Source: an uncultured Bacteroidia bacterium
GTDB taxonomy: Bacteria > Bacteroidota > Bacteroidia > Bacteroidales > UBA932
Reading direction: 5' to 3'
DNA length: 64,000 bases
Assembly (NCBI GenBank): GCA_902773925.1
Contig: CACYGI010000002.1
Span: 160,990-224,989, forward strand
Part shown: one piece after another, positions 15,284 to 24,900 of the stretch
How the letters are laid out: every line of letters begins with the position of its first letter
Position numbering within the stretch: position 1 is the first letter of the stretch
Made by a program: the position numbers and the translations under genes
The notes under the pieces: model-generated
Seen by the model: the letters and a program-made list of their open reading frames with translations, nothing else
The model's database searches: none
Told to the model about the DNA's origin: nothing

Positions 15284-18200
15284 ATGAAGAAATCAAGACT
15301 TATTCTGGCATTCCTTGCCTTGATGCTCATCGGAAGCACGGCTTTCGCACAGAACATCACGGTCAAAGGTACTGTCACGGATGGGGCCACGGGTGATCCC
15401 GTTCCGTTCGCATCCATCGTCGTCAAGGGTACTTCTACCGGTGTCGCTACCGACATTGACGGTAATTATACCCTTGCAGTAGCAAAAAATGCTACCCTCG
15501 TCATCAGCTCCATAGGTTACACGACCCAGGAAGCTGCAGTCGAAGGTCGCACAGTCATTAACGTCATCCTCGCTCCGGATACCGAGATGCTCGATGAGAC
15601 CATCGTCGTGGCTTACGGTGTGGCAAAGCGTGAGTCCGTCACCGGTGCTATCAGCACGGTGAAGAGTGACGCCATCGAGAAGCGCCCTATCAGCAACGTC
15701 TCGAACGCACTCGACGGTACCGTTACCGGTGTCCTCGCAATTCCCGACGGTGACCCTGGCGAGAGCGCAGGCATCCGCATCCGCGGTGTCGGTTCGGTCA
15801 CTGGCGAAAACTCTCCCCTGTATGTCGTCGACGGTGTTCCGATGGGCGGCAATATGGGCGATATCAACCCCAACGATATCGAGAGCCTTACCGTCCTGAA
15901 GGATGCGACCTCCGCAGCCCTCTACGGCAACCGCGCATCCAACGGTGTCATCCTCATCACCACCAAGCGTGGCAAGAGCGACAAGGCAGGCATCTCCCTG
16001 AGCGTCAACCAGGGTATCTTCACCCGCGCACTCCCCGAGTACGACAAGGTCGATGCAAAGGACTTCATGCAGGTATTCTTCACAGGTTATATGAACAACC
16101 TGATCAGCAACGCCGGCATGACCAAGGAGCAGGCTATCAACGATGTCCGTACCAACCTCTTCACCTACATCGGTGAGTACAACATCTTCGACGCTCCCAC
16201 CGAGACCCTCTTCAATGCAGAAGGCAAGTTCAACTATGCAGCCAACATCCGCGGCGGTTATGACGACCTCGACTGGTGGAAAGTCACCATGCGTACCGGC
16301 TACCGTCAGGACTACAACGTGAGCGGCAGCGGCGCATCCGAGAAGAGCAACTACTACTTCTCCCTGGGTTACCTCGATGAGGAAGGCCAGACCGTCAATT
16401 CGGACTTCTCCCGCTGGAGCGGCCGTGCAAACGTCAGCATATCTCCCCTGAAGTGGCTGAAGGCAGGCGCCAACATCAGCGCATCCTGGCAGGGCAAGAA
16501 CTACCGCAGCACCGGTGCCACCACCTACGCCAACCCTCTGTATCAGGCACACGTGATGGCTCCTATCTATCCGGTCTATATGCACAACCCGGACGGTACC
16601 TATATGCTCGACGACAACGGCGAGAAGCAGTACGATGTCGGTGAGCTCTACGGCCGTCCCCAGTACAACGCCCGCTGCGCCATCTGGGAGGCTGCTCTCG
16701 ACACCCGCTACAACCAGCGCGTCACCACCAATGCACAGGCTTATGCCGACATCACCTTCCTGAAGGACTTCACCTTCTCGATCAAGGGCGACCTCGGCCT
16801 TCGCACTGACAAGACCCGCACCTACAACAACGCAATCATCGGTGACGGCCGCGGCGCAAACGGTCGTACCAGCCGTACCGACTACCTCTACACGAACTAC
16901 ACGTTCCAGCAGCTGCTCAACTGGCGTCACGAGTTCGGCGACCACACCCTGGAAGCCCTCGCAGGCCACGAGAACTACTACTACCAGTACGAGTACACCT
17001 ATCTGTACAAGCAGGATGAGACCCTGCCCGGCGGTATCGAGCTCGGCAACTTCAACTCCATGACCTCCATGGACGGCTACCAGAGCGGCTACCGCCTCGA
17101 GAGCTACCTCTCCCGCGTCAAGTACGACTACCTCAACAAGTACTTCATCGAAGGCAGCTTCCGTCGTGACGGTTCCTCACGTTTCCACAAGGACAACCGC
17201 TGGGGTAACTTCTGGTCCGCAGGTGCAACCTGGGTCATCAGCAAGGAAGAGTTCATGAAGAACGTTTCGTGGATCGACAACCTGCGCATCCGCGCATCCT
17301 ATGGTCAGGTCGGTAACGACGCTTCCGTCGGTTACTACGGTTATATGGCTCTCTACGGCCTCGGCTCCAAGTACGGCGCCGCAGCTGCATCCTACAAGAC
17401 TCAGAACGAAGCCGCTGACCTCGTCTGGGAGGCTGAGAACTCTTTCAGCACGGCTATCGAAGGCCGTATGTTCGACCGCTTGAACTTCACTTTCGAGTTC
17501 TTTAACAAGACCACCCACGACCTGCTCTTCGACGTCGAGCACCCGACCTCCGTCGGTGGTATCTCCAGCAGTGACATCACCACCGCTACCACCAAGAACA
17601 TCGGTTCGGTCCGCAACCTCGGTGTCGAGGCAAGCATCGACGTGGACATCGTCAAGACCCGCAATGTCACCTGGAACGTGGGCGTCAACGCTACCTGGAT
17701 GAAGAACACCATCCTCAAGCTCCCCGATGCCGACATCTACAACTATGACGGCATGCAGAACGCTATGCGTAACGGCACCAAGCTCTGGGCCGAGGGCCAC
17801 GGCATCTATGACTGGAACCTCTATCAGTTCCTCGGCGTGGACCAGCTGACCGGTCTCGCTCTCTACGCTATCGACGATGAGAAGTACTACATCCTCGACG
17901 AGAACAAGATGGGCAAGGCCTGGAATCAGGAGAAGTATGAGGAGACCCACGATGTCGACTCCAGCTTCGACGAGGTCGAGAAGACCATCGTTCCCGAAGA
18001 CTACCGCGTCGTCATCGACGGCAAGGAGTATGTCACCAATACCACCTACGCAAAACGCGACTGGGCGGGCAGTTCTCTCCCGAAGGTTTACGGTAACTTC
18101 AATACCTCCCTCCGCATCAAGAACTTCACCCTCTCCGCACTGTTCTCCTATGCACTCGGCAGCAAGTGCCTCGACTATGCATATCAGGACCTGATGTCCG

Positions 18201-18598
18201 TCAGCACGAGCCCTCACGCTTATCACGTGGACGTCCTCAACTCCTGGAGCGAGGCTCCCGCAGGTATGGATGTTGATTCGCCCAACCGTATCGACCCGAC
18301 CGGCACCCCTCGTATCGACGGCTTCTACAACACCTACAGCAACGCTACTTCGACCCGTTTCCTTGTAAGCGGCAACTACCTGACCATCAAGAACATCAAC
18401 ATTGCTTACACCTTCCCCAAGCGCCTGGTCAACAGCATCGGTCTGAACGGTCTGGTACTCAGTGCATCCGTTGATAACCTCTGGTCCTTCACCGCAAAGA
18501 GGGGCATGAACCCTCAGCAGGCTTGGAGCGGCCTTATCTACGGTTCTTATATCAATACTCCGCGCGTCGCTACTGTCGGCGTGAAGGTCAATCTTTAA
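15284..18598 (+). CDS. SusC/RagA family TonB-linked outer membrane protein (copy 2)
   Basis: 1104 aa, collinear with copy 1 without indels. Roughly 85-90% aa identity by eye. Confidence 0.95.
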   Translation: MKKSRLILAFLALMLIGSTAFAQNITVKGTVTDGATGDPVPFASIVVKGTSTGVATDIDGNYTLAVAKNATLVISSIGYTTQEAAVEGRTVINVILAPDTEMLDETIVVAYGVAKRESVTGAISTVKSDAIEKRPISNVSNALDGTVTGVLAIPDGDPGESAGIRIRGVGSVTGENSPLYVVDGVPMGGNMGDINPNDIESLTVLKDATSAALYGNRASNGVILITTKRGKSDKAGISLSVNQGIFTRALPEYDKVDAKDFMQVFFTGYMNNLISNAGMTKEQAINDVRTNLFTYIGEYNIFDAPTETLFNAEGKFNYAANIRGGYDDLDWWKVTMRTGYRQDYNVSGSGASEKSNYYFSLGYLDEEGQTVNSDFSRWSGRANVSISPLKWLKAGANISASWQGKNYRSTGATTYANPLYQAHVMAPIYPVYMHNPDGTYMLDDNGEKQYDVGELYGRPQYNARCAIWEAALDTRYNQRVTTNAQAYADITFLKDFTFSIKGDLGLRTDKTRTYNNAIIGDGRGANGRTSRTDYLYTNYTFQQLLNWRHEFGDHTLEALAGHENYYYQYEYTYLYKQDETLPGGIELGNFNSMTSMDGYQSGYRLESYLSRVKYDYLNKYFIEGSFRRDGSSRFHKDNRWGNFWSAGATWVISKEEFMKNVSWIDNLRIRASYGQVGNDASVGYYGYMALYGLGSKYGAAAASYKTQNEAADLVWEAENSFSTAIEGRMFDRLNFTFEFFNKTTHDLLFDVEHPTSVGGISSSDITTATTKNIGSVRNLGVEASIDVDIVKTRNVTWNVGVNATWMKNTILKLPDADIYNYDGMQNAMRNGTKLWAEGHGIYDWNLYQFLGVDQLTGLALYAIDDEKYYILDENKMGKAWNQEKYEETHDVDSSFDEVEKTIVPEDYRVVIDGKEYVTNTTYAKRDWAGSSLPKVYGNFNTSLRIKNFTLSALFSYALGSKCLDYAYQDLMSVSTSPHAYHVDVLNSWSEAPAGMDVDSPNRIDPTGTPRIDGFYNTYSNATSTRFLVSGNYLTIKNINIAYTFPKRLVNSIGLNGLVLSASVDNLWSFTAKRGMNPQQAWSGLIYGSYINTPRVATVGVKVNL

Positions 18599-18611
18599 TG
18601 CAAGCTAAAAT

Positions 18612-20207
18612 ATGACGAATATGAAAAGATTATCAATCATAGCACTTGCCCTTGCAGTTATCGTCTCTTTCGGCTGCTCAAAGGACTATCTGGATACCTA
18701 TCCGACCAGCAGCACCTCGCCGGGCACGATCCTCGGTACGACCGACGCTGCAGTCGTGGCTGTCAACGGCCTCGCCAAACTGATGCACCGCCAGTACACT
18801 GCCAGTGCATACGGACAGGGCTACAACGGTGAAGGTACCATCCGCCTCTACTACGGCGAGTACCTCGGCAACAACCTGATGAAGGGTAACTCTACCGGCT
18901 TCCAAAACTCGGCCAACGGTAACCTCTATGTTTCCAACTCGGCCGCCCTCGGTTCCTTTGCATGGTACTATTACTACATGCTGATCGGCAACGCCAACAC
19001 CATCATCAAGACCATCGACGATGCTGAAGGCACCGACGCGGAGCGCGCTTACATCAAGGCCCAAGCCCTGACATACCGCGCTTACGCATACTTCAACCTC
19101 GTTCAGATCTACGGCCGCCGCTGGAAGGACGGTTCCGACAAGCCGGCTTGCGTCCTGCGTCTTACCGGTGACGAACCCGACAACCTCGACCGCGCTACCG
19201 CTGGCGAAGTTTACGACCAGATCTACAAGGACCTCAACGATGCTATCGAGCTCTTCAACGCTTCGGGCAAGGCCAACAGCCGCAAGTCCAACCACATCGT
19301 TGACCTCGACGTGGCGTACGGCGTCTTTGCACGCGTAGCCCTCACCAAAGAAGACTGGGCTAACGCTCTCAAGTATTCACAGCTGCTTCACGCGAAGTAT
19401 CCTCTGATGAGCGTGGCTGAGGAGCAGGCTGGTTTCAGCAACCCGAACAACGAATGGATATGGTACATCTACGGCGCGGAGGATGAGACACTCTACTTCT
19501 ACGACTACTTCTGCTACGCTGCTTACAACGCACAGACCAGTACGACACGTAACTACCCGATCCTTATCAGCCGCCATCTGTTCGACCAGATCCCGACGAC
19601 CGATATCCGCCGTGCATTCTGGCTGGATCCCGCAGGCTACGAGGGCACCTTCAACACCAATACGATGAAGGCAAGCACACAGTCTTCCAAGAACAGGCTC
19701 TGGGCATATGGCCAGAACTACGCCGTACAGCGTGGTCACGAGCTTCTCTCCACCCACTGCATCTTCGCTTATATGAACTTCAAGATCAGCAACAACATCC
19801 AGCCCGGTATCGGACACCTCTGCCTGATGCGCTCTTCGGAAATGCTGCTTATCGAAGCTGAGGCTCAGTATAATCTGAAGAAGGAAGCTGAGGCTCGCGC
19901 TCTCCTGGTTGAGCTCAACGCAACCTCGAAGCGTGACCCGGCTTACACCTGCACCGCAAGCGGCGAGGCCCTCATGGAGCAGATCAAGCTCTATCGCGGC
20001 ATCGAGCTCTGGGGCGAAGGCTTCAACTGGTTCGACCTCAAGCGCTGGGGTGACAGCATCTCTCGTCAGACCTATGCTAACGGCGGCAACTGGATGAGTT
20101 CCTACGCTGTCAGCTTCGGCCCCAACGAGAAGAACAACTGGACCTGGTGCATTCCTCGTAACGAGACTGACTACAACAAGGGTATCACCTCTACCGCCAA
20201 CGAATAA
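18612..20207 (+). CDS. SusD/RagB family nutrient-binding outer membrane lipoprotein (copy 2)
   Basis: 531 aa, same motifs as copy 1. Same 13-nt susC-susD spacer. Confidence 0.92.
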   Translation: MTNMKRLSIIALALAVIVSFGCSKDYLDTYPTSSTSPGTILGTTDAAVVAVNGLAKLMHRQYTASAYGQGYNGEGTIRLYYGEYLGNNLMKGNSTGFQNSANGNLYVSNSAALGSFAWYYYYMLIGNANTIIKTIDDAEGTDAERAYIKAQALTYRAYAYFNLVQIYGRRWKDGSDKPACVLRLTGDEPDNLDRATAGEVYDQIYKDLNDAIELFNASGKANSRKSNHIVDLDVAYGVFARVALTKEDWANALKYSQLLHAKYPLMSVAEEQAGFSNPNNEWIWYIYGAEDETLYFYDYFCYAAYNAQTSTTRNYPILISRHLFDQIPTTDIRRAFWLDPAGYEGTFNTNTMKASTQSSKNRLWAYGQNYAVQRGHELLSTHCIFAYMNFKISNNIQPGIGHLCLMRSSEMLLIEAEAQYNLKKEAEARALLVELNATSKRDPAYTCTASGEALMEQIKLYRGIELWGEGFNWFDLKRWGDSISRQTYANGGNWMSSYAVSFGPNEKNNWTWCIPRNETDYNKGITSTANE

Positions 20208-20231
20208 TCCGTTGCACGGTATGACAATAGC

Positions 20232-20262
20232 AAGGGTGGCTTTCGGGCCACCCTTCTTTTTT
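20232..20262 (+). terminator. rho-independent terminator of susD2
   Basis: AAGGGTGGC-TTTCGG-GCCACCCTT followed by CTTTTTTTAT. Confidence 0.75.
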
Positions 20263-20287
20263 TATAGCGGTATTCGCAAGAAATGTG

Positions 20288-20295
20288 TATCTTTG
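20288..20295 (+). promoter_or_regulatory. -7 box (TATCTTTG) for mutAB
   Basis: Exact TAnnTTTG, 33 nt upstream of the ATG at 20328. This argues against the track start at 20283. Confidence 0.5.
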
Positions 20296-20327
20296 CGGAT
20301 TATTATCAACATAAACAATTGTCACGA

Positions 20328-22211
20328 ATGACTAAAAAACTCTTTACCGAATTCCCTCCCGTGACGACGGAGCAGTGGGATGAGGTGATCATCAAGGACT
20401 TGAAGGGCGGCGACTACGAGAAAAAGCTCGTCTGGCGCACCCTCGAAGGGTTCCCGGTAAGGCCTTACTATCGCGCCGAGAACCTCAAGGACATCCCTTT
20501 TACCGGCATTGCGCCGGGTGTATTCCCCTATGTCAGGGGCGTTGAAGCTGACAACAAATGGCTTACCCGCCAGGACTACTGCCTGTGCGAGGGCATCGAA
20601 GAGGCCAACGCGCTGGCTCTCGACGGCCTCTGCAAGGGTGTCGAGTCCGTCGGATTCCGCATCAACGGCAAGGAAGGTCTTGACAAGGCAGGATTCGCGA
20701 AACTGCTCAAAGACATCGTCCTTCCCGCAGTCGAAGTCAACTTCACGCACTGCATGCCCCGCACGGCCGTATCGACCGTCAAGGCATTTATCGAGTATGT
20801 AAAGGAGCAGGGCATCAAGCCCGAAGAGGTACGCGCGTCATTTGACGTAAGTCCTCTCCATATGCTCACGGTACGCGGCACACTCAACCCCGCGAAGGGT
20901 TATGAGATCCTCGCAGAGTGCATCCGCCTCACGGCAGATTACCCCCACGTCCAGGTTGTGAACGTAGCGGGCTATGATTTCAACGACGCCGGAGCAGGTA
21001 TCGTCCAGGAGCTCGCATTCGCGCTGGCCATCGGCAGCGACTATATGGCAGGCCTTACGGCACTCGGCCTCGACGCTTCGCTGATCGCCTCCAAGATGCG
21101 TTTCACCCTCGCCGTCAGCTCCAATTATTTTATGGAGATCGCCAAGTTCCGCGCAGCGCGCGTTCTCTGGGCCAACATCGCAAAGGCTTACGGTGCAAAG
21201 GAAGAAGCTTGCAAGATCTGCACTCACGCCGTCACCAGCGCCTGGAACCAGACCGTCTATGACGCGTATGTCAATATGCTCCGCGGCACGACCGAGGCAA
21301 TGAGCGCCGCCATCGCAGGCGTCCACTCGCTCACGGTCCTGCCCTTCGACAAGGCATTCCGCAAGCCGGGCGAATTCTCGAACCGCATCGCACGCAACGT
21401 GCAGTCCATCCTCAAGGAGGAATCCCGTTTCGACAAGATCGTGGATCCTGCAGCAGGTTCGTACTACATCGAGACTCTTACCAATTCCATCATAAACGCT
21501 GCCTGGACTCTCTTCAAGAGCGTCGAGGAGAAGGGCGGCTATCTGGAGGCATTCAAGGCAGGCTTCGTCCAGAGCCAGATCAAGGCTACGGCCGAGAAGC
21601 GCGATATGAACATCGCTACCCGCCGCGACACCATCCTTGGTACCAACCAGTTCCCCAACTTCCTCGAGAAGGCGTCCGACGAGATCACCGAGGACATCGT
21701 CAAGCGAGGCGCGAAGAAATGCTGCTGCGCCTGCAAGGACGAGAGCGAGAAGATCGCAGAGCCGCTCGAGAAGTATCGCGGCGCACAGGTATTCGAGGCG
21801 ATGCGCCTCGCTACCGACCGCAGCAAGCACCAGCCGGTCGTATTTATGCTGACCTTCGGCAACCTTGCGATGTGCCGCGCACGCGCTCAGTTCAGCTGCA
21901 ACTTCTTCGCAGTGGCAGGTTTCAAGGTTGTGGACAACAACCGCTTCGCAAGCGTCGAAGAGGGCATCAAGGCCGCTCTTGAGGCAAAGGCCGACATCGT
22001 CGTAGCCTGCTCGGCGGATGACGAGTACCTCGAGGCAGTTCCGCAGATCGCAAAGGGCATCGGCAATAAGGCTGTAGTGGTCGTCGCCGGTGATCCCGAG
22101 TGCCGCCCGCAGCTCGAAGAGCAGGGCATCAAGAACTTTATTCACGTCCGTTGCAACATCCTCGAGACTCTCAAGGAGTACCAGAAGATGATGGGCATCA
22201 GCGAACTTTAA
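20328..22211 (+). CDS. mutA: methylmalonyl-CoA mutase small (beta) subunit
   Basis: MTKKLFTEFPPVTTEQWDEV N-terminus, mutase fold motifs. The C-terminal Rossmann-like domain lacks the DxHxxG cobalamin motif. Confidence 0.85.
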   Translation: MTKKLFTEFPPVTTEQWDEVIIKDLKGGDYEKKLVWRTLEGFPVRPYYRAENLKDIPFTGIAPGVFPYVRGVEADNKWLTRQDYCLCEGIEEANALALDGLCKGVESVGFRINGKEGLDKAGFAKLLKDIVLPAVEVNFTHCMPRTAVSTVKAFIEYVKEQGIKPEEVRASFDVSPLHMLTVRGTLNPAKGYEILAECIRLTADYPHVQVVNVAGYDFNDAGAGIVQELAFALAIGSDYMAGLTALGLDASLIASKMRFTLAVSSNYFMEIAKFRAARVLWANIAKAYGAKEEACKICTHAVTSAWNQTVYDAYVNMLRGTTEAMSAAIAGVHSLTVLPFDKAFRKPGEFSNRIARNVQSILKEESRFDKIVDPAAGSYYIETLTNSIINAAWTLFKSVEEKGGYLEAFKAGFVQSQIKATAEKRDMNIATRRDTILGTNQFPNFLEKASDEITEDIVKRGAKKCCCACKDESEKIAEPLEKYRGAQVFEAMRLATDRSKHQPVVFMLTFGNLAMCRARAQFSCNFFAVAGFKVVDNNRFASVEEGIKAALEAKADIVVACSADDEYLEAVPQIAKGIGNKAVVVVAGDPECRPQLEEQGIKNFIHVRCNILETLKEYQKMMGISEL

Positions 22212-22220
22212 TAAGGAGGA

Positions 22221-24362
22221 ATGACTATGAGACCTGATTTCAAAAACCTCGAATACAAAGGCACGACTCCTTCCGCTTGCAACTGCAAAAACAGCGAAGC
22301 GTGGCTGGCGCCGGAAAACATCAACGTGAAGCCACTCTATACCGAGAAGGATCTCGAGGGTATGGAGCACCTCAATTACGCGGCCGGCGTTGCGCCGTTC
22401 CTCCGCGGACCGTACTCTACGATGTACGTCAACAAGCCCTGGACCATCCGTCAGTATGCCGGTTTCTCCACGGCTGAAGAATCCAATGCATTCTACCGCC
22501 GCAACCTGGCTGCAGGCCAGAAGGGTCTTTCGGTCGCATTCGACCTTGCAACCCACCGCGGTTATGACGCAGATCACCCGCGCGTAGTGGGCGACGTCGG
22601 TAAGGCCGGCGTGTCCATCTGCTCGGTGGAAGATATGAAGGTCCTCTTCGACCAGATCCCTCTGGGCAAGATGTCCGTCTCGATGACGATGAACGGCGCC
22701 GTCCTTCCCGTGATGGCATTCTACATCGTCGCCGGACTGGAGCAGGGCGTGAAGCTCGAAGAGATGGCAGGTACCATCCAGAACGATATCCTCAAGGAGT
22801 TTATGGTGCGTAACACCTATATCTATCCCCCGGAGTTCTCGATGCGTATCATCGGCGATATCTTCGCATACACCTCCAAGTATATGCCCAAGTTCAACTC
22901 GATTTCGATTTCCGGTTACCATATGCAGGAAGCAGGTGCCACCAATGATATCGAGATGGCTTATACGCTCGCCGACGGTATGGATTATATCCGCACCGGT
23001 ATCAAGGCCGGCATAGACGTGGATGCATTCGCTCCGCGCCTGTCGTTCTTCTGGGCCATCGGCATGAACCACTTTATGGAGATTGCCAAGATGCGCGCAG
23101 CGCGTATGCTCTGGGCAAAGATCGTCAATCAGTTCAACCCGAAGAACCCGAAGTCCCTCTCGCTCCGTACGCACTGCCAGACTTCCGGCTGGTCGCTTAC
23201 CGAGCAGGATCCGTTCAACAATGTCGCACGTACCTGCATCGAGGCTATGGGCGCCGCCCTGGGCCACACCCAGTCGCTGCACACCAACGCTCTTGACGAG
23301 GCTATCGCCCTGCCGACCGACTTCTCCGCACGTATCGCGCGTAACACCCAGATCTACATCCAGGAAGAGACCCAGGTCTGCCGTTCGATCGACCCGTGGG
23401 CAGGTTCGTACTATATCGAGAGCCTGACCAACGACCTTGCACACAAGGCCTGGGAGCATATCGAGGAGGTCGAGAAGCTTGGCGGTATGGCCAAGGCTAT
23501 CGAAACCGGTATTCCGAAGCTCCGCATCGAGGAGGCTGCCGCACGCAAGCAGGCCCGCATCGATTCGGGTATCGACAAGATTATCGGTATCAATGAGTAC
23601 CGCCTCGCTCACGAGGATCCCATCGAGATCCTTGACGTGGACAACACGAAGGTCCGCGAGAGCCAGATCGCACGCCTGAAGGAGCTCCGCGCTCACCGCG
23701 ACGAGGCTGCAGTCCGTGCTGCCCTGGAAGCTATCACCCACGCTGTCGAGACCAAGACGGGCAACCTGCTCGAGCTTGCAGTCGAGGCCGCAAAGGTCCG
23801 CGCTACTCTAGGCGAGATTTCCGATGCATGCGAAAAGATTGTCGGACGTTATAAAGCTACTATCCGTATGAATTCCGGTGTTTATTCTTCTGAACTTAAG
23901 AACGACCGCGAGTTTGAGACCGCCAAGAAGATGGTGGCCGAGTTCGCCAAGAAGGAAGGCCGTCAGCCCCGTATTATGGTCGCCAAGCTCGGCCAGGACG
24001 GTCACGACCGCGGTGCCAAGGTTGTCGCAACAGGCTATGCCGACTGCGGCTTCGACGTGGATATGGGCCCTCTGTTCCAGACTCCGGAGGAGGCTGCAAA
24101 GCAGGCTGTGGAGAACGACGTTCACGTCGTGGGCGTTTCTTCGCTTGCCGCAGGTCACAAGACTCTCGTTCCGCAGATCATCGCAGAGCTCAAGAAGCTT
24201 GGCCGCGAGGATATCGTGGTCATCGTGGGCGGCGTGATCCCGGCCCAGGATTACGATGAGCTGTACCGTGACGGTGCAATGGCCATCTTCGGCCCCGGCA
24301 CACCGATCGCTACGGCTGCCATCAAGATCATGGAGATCCTCAACCAGCGTTTCGAAGACTAA
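22221..24362 (+). CDS. mutB: methylmalonyl-CoA mutase large (alpha) subunit, B12-binding
   Basis: [27 protein letters not shown], and the C-terminal [12 protein letters not shown] (DxHxxG). An ATG at 22227 is an alternative start with better spacing to GGAGG. Confidence 0.93.
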   Translation: MTMRPDFKNLEYKGTTPSACNCKNSEAWLAPENINVKPLYTEKDLEGMEHLNYAAGVAPFLRGPYSTMYVNKPWTIRQYAGFSTAEESNAFYRRNLAAGQKGLSVAFDLATHRGYDADHPRVVGDVGKAGVSICSVEDMKVLFDQIPLGKMSVSMTMNGAVLPVMAFYIVAGLEQGVKLEEMAGTIQNDILKEFMVRNTYIYPPEFSMRIIGDIFAYTSKYMPKFNSISISGYHMQEAGATNDIEMAYTLADGMDYIRTGIKAGIDVDAFAPRLSFFWAIGMNHFMEIAKMRAARMLWAKIVNQFNPKNPKSLSLRTHCQTSGWSLTEQDPFNNVARTCIEAMGAALGHTQSLHTNALDEAIALPTDFSARIARNTQIYIQEETQVCRSIDPWAGSYYIESLTNDLAHKAWEHIEEVEKLGGMAKAIETGIPKLRIEEAAARKQARIDSGIDKIIGINEYRLAHEDPIEILDVDNTKVRESQIARLKELRAHRDEAAVRAALEAITHAVETKTGNLLELAVEAAKVRATLGEISDACEKIVGRYKATIRMNSGVYSSELKNDREFETAKKMVAEFAKKEGRQPRIMVAKLGQDGHDRGAKVVATGYADCGFDVDMGPLFQTPEEAAKQAVENDVHVVGVSSLAAGHKTLVPQIIAELKKLGREDIVVIVGGVIPAQDYDELYRDGAMAIFGPGTPIATAAIKIMEILNQRFED

Positions 24363-24386
24363 TCTTCCACTACGCATACAAGCGAG

Positions 24387-24420
24387 ATGCCCGGCCCACC
24401 CCGGGCATCTTTCGTTTTGT
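24387..24420 (+). terminator. rho-independent terminator of mutB
   Basis: GATGCCCGG-cccacc-CCGGGCATC followed by TTTCGTTTTGTTTG. Confidence 0.75.
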
Positions 24421-24492
24421 TTGACCGCCGGCTTCCGCTGCGGCGGCAGCTTGCCTTTGACCGCCGGCTTCCGCTGCGGCGGCAGCTTGCCT
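24421..24492. repeat. perfect 36-bp tandem duplication
   Basis: ttgaccgccggcttccgctgcggcggcagcttgcct occurs twice back to back (24421-24456 and 24457-24492). Each unit contains a CCGCCG...CGGCGG hairpin. Confidence 0.9.
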
Positions 24493-24670
24493 CTCAGAGG
24501 ACTCCGCTCACTTCGTTCGCTCCGGCCCCTCCCACCGTCATCGGCGTCATCGCTGACGCGATAACTTGCTGCCGGCGGGCCCCGTCCCCCTATACTTGTC
24601 CGGGGGTGGACAGCTAAGCCGCGAGGCGTGCAAAAATATAACTTCGAGGCGCGAAGGCGAAGCCGGCGGG

Positions 24671-24761
24671 CAAAAGCGGGCACGAAAAGGGCCGTTTTTG
24701 TGTCCGGTTTGAGAAATAATCAAAAGCGGGCACGAAAATGGGGGTTTCTGTGCCCGGTTTG
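24671..24761. repeat. two hairpin-forming direct repeats with 50-nt period
   Basis: caaaagcgggcacgaaaa... at 24671-24711 and 24721-24761 (36 of 41 identical by my count). The second forms CGGGCAC...GTGCCCG. Confidence 0.8.
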
Positions 24762-24769
24762 CTACGGAG

Positions 24770-24835
24770 CTATAGATCCTTCGCTTCGCTCAGGATGACA
24801 AAACGGGAAGGCCACAGGATGACAGAAAGTGGTGG
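24770..24835. repeat. GC-rich intergenic repeat of the type that yields pseudo-peptides such as SLRMT / HPERSEGS
   Basis: gatccttcgcttcgctcaggatgacaaaacgggaaggccacaggatgaca. Track ORFs through it read ...RSFASLRMTK... and ...FCHPERSEGS.... As I recall, these are signatures of a widespread repeat, not genes. Confidence 0.5.
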
Positions 24836-24850
24836 TCGGCGAGTAAGAAA

Positions 24851-24877
24851 AAAGGTGGCCCGCAATGAGCCACCTTT
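24851..24877 (-). terminator. terminator of the 24901-26586 lipoprotein gene (potentially bidirectional)
   Basis: AAAGGTGGC-ccgcaatga-GCCACCTTT, flanked by an A-run on one side and a T-run on the other. Confidence 0.7.
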
Positions 24878-24900
24878 TGATTTGTCGGTCAATCGAGAGG

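Larger units (their letters stand above)
15249..20264. repeat. right arm of the ~5.0 kb inverted repeat (susC2-susD2 cassette plus leader and terminator)
   Basis: See the left arm. 6 nt longer because SusD2 has a 2-aa insertion (QYTASAYGQG vs QYGAYGQG). Confidence 0.9.

Noticed and set aside
15293-16969. Long antisense ORFs across the susC genes (15293-16969 minus, 558 aa; 17177-18226 minus; 10839-11768, 12096-12704 and 12780-13631 plus).
   Set aside because: These are shadow ORFs typical of high-GC coding DNA. They are rich in V/G/D/A/L with no recognisable motifs, and they mirror each other only because the arms are repeats. They fully overlap strongly supported SusC genes.
20838-23741. 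967-aa minus-strand ORF antisense to mutA/mutB.
   Set aside because: Low-complexity composition and no motifs. It fully overlaps two genes with unambiguous methylmalonyl-CoA mutase signatures.
24421-24492. Possible CRISPR array, because of a 36-bp direct repeat.
   Set aside because: There are only two copies, directly adjacent with no spacer. No further repeats and no cas genes occur in the window.
23808-24683. 291-aa minus-strand ORF running from the repeat-rich spacer into the mutB 3' end.
   Set aside because: It is built from the tandem 36-mers and GC-rich repeats (…KLPPQRKPAVKGKLPPQRKPAVK…) plus antisense mutB. It has no start context or domain.
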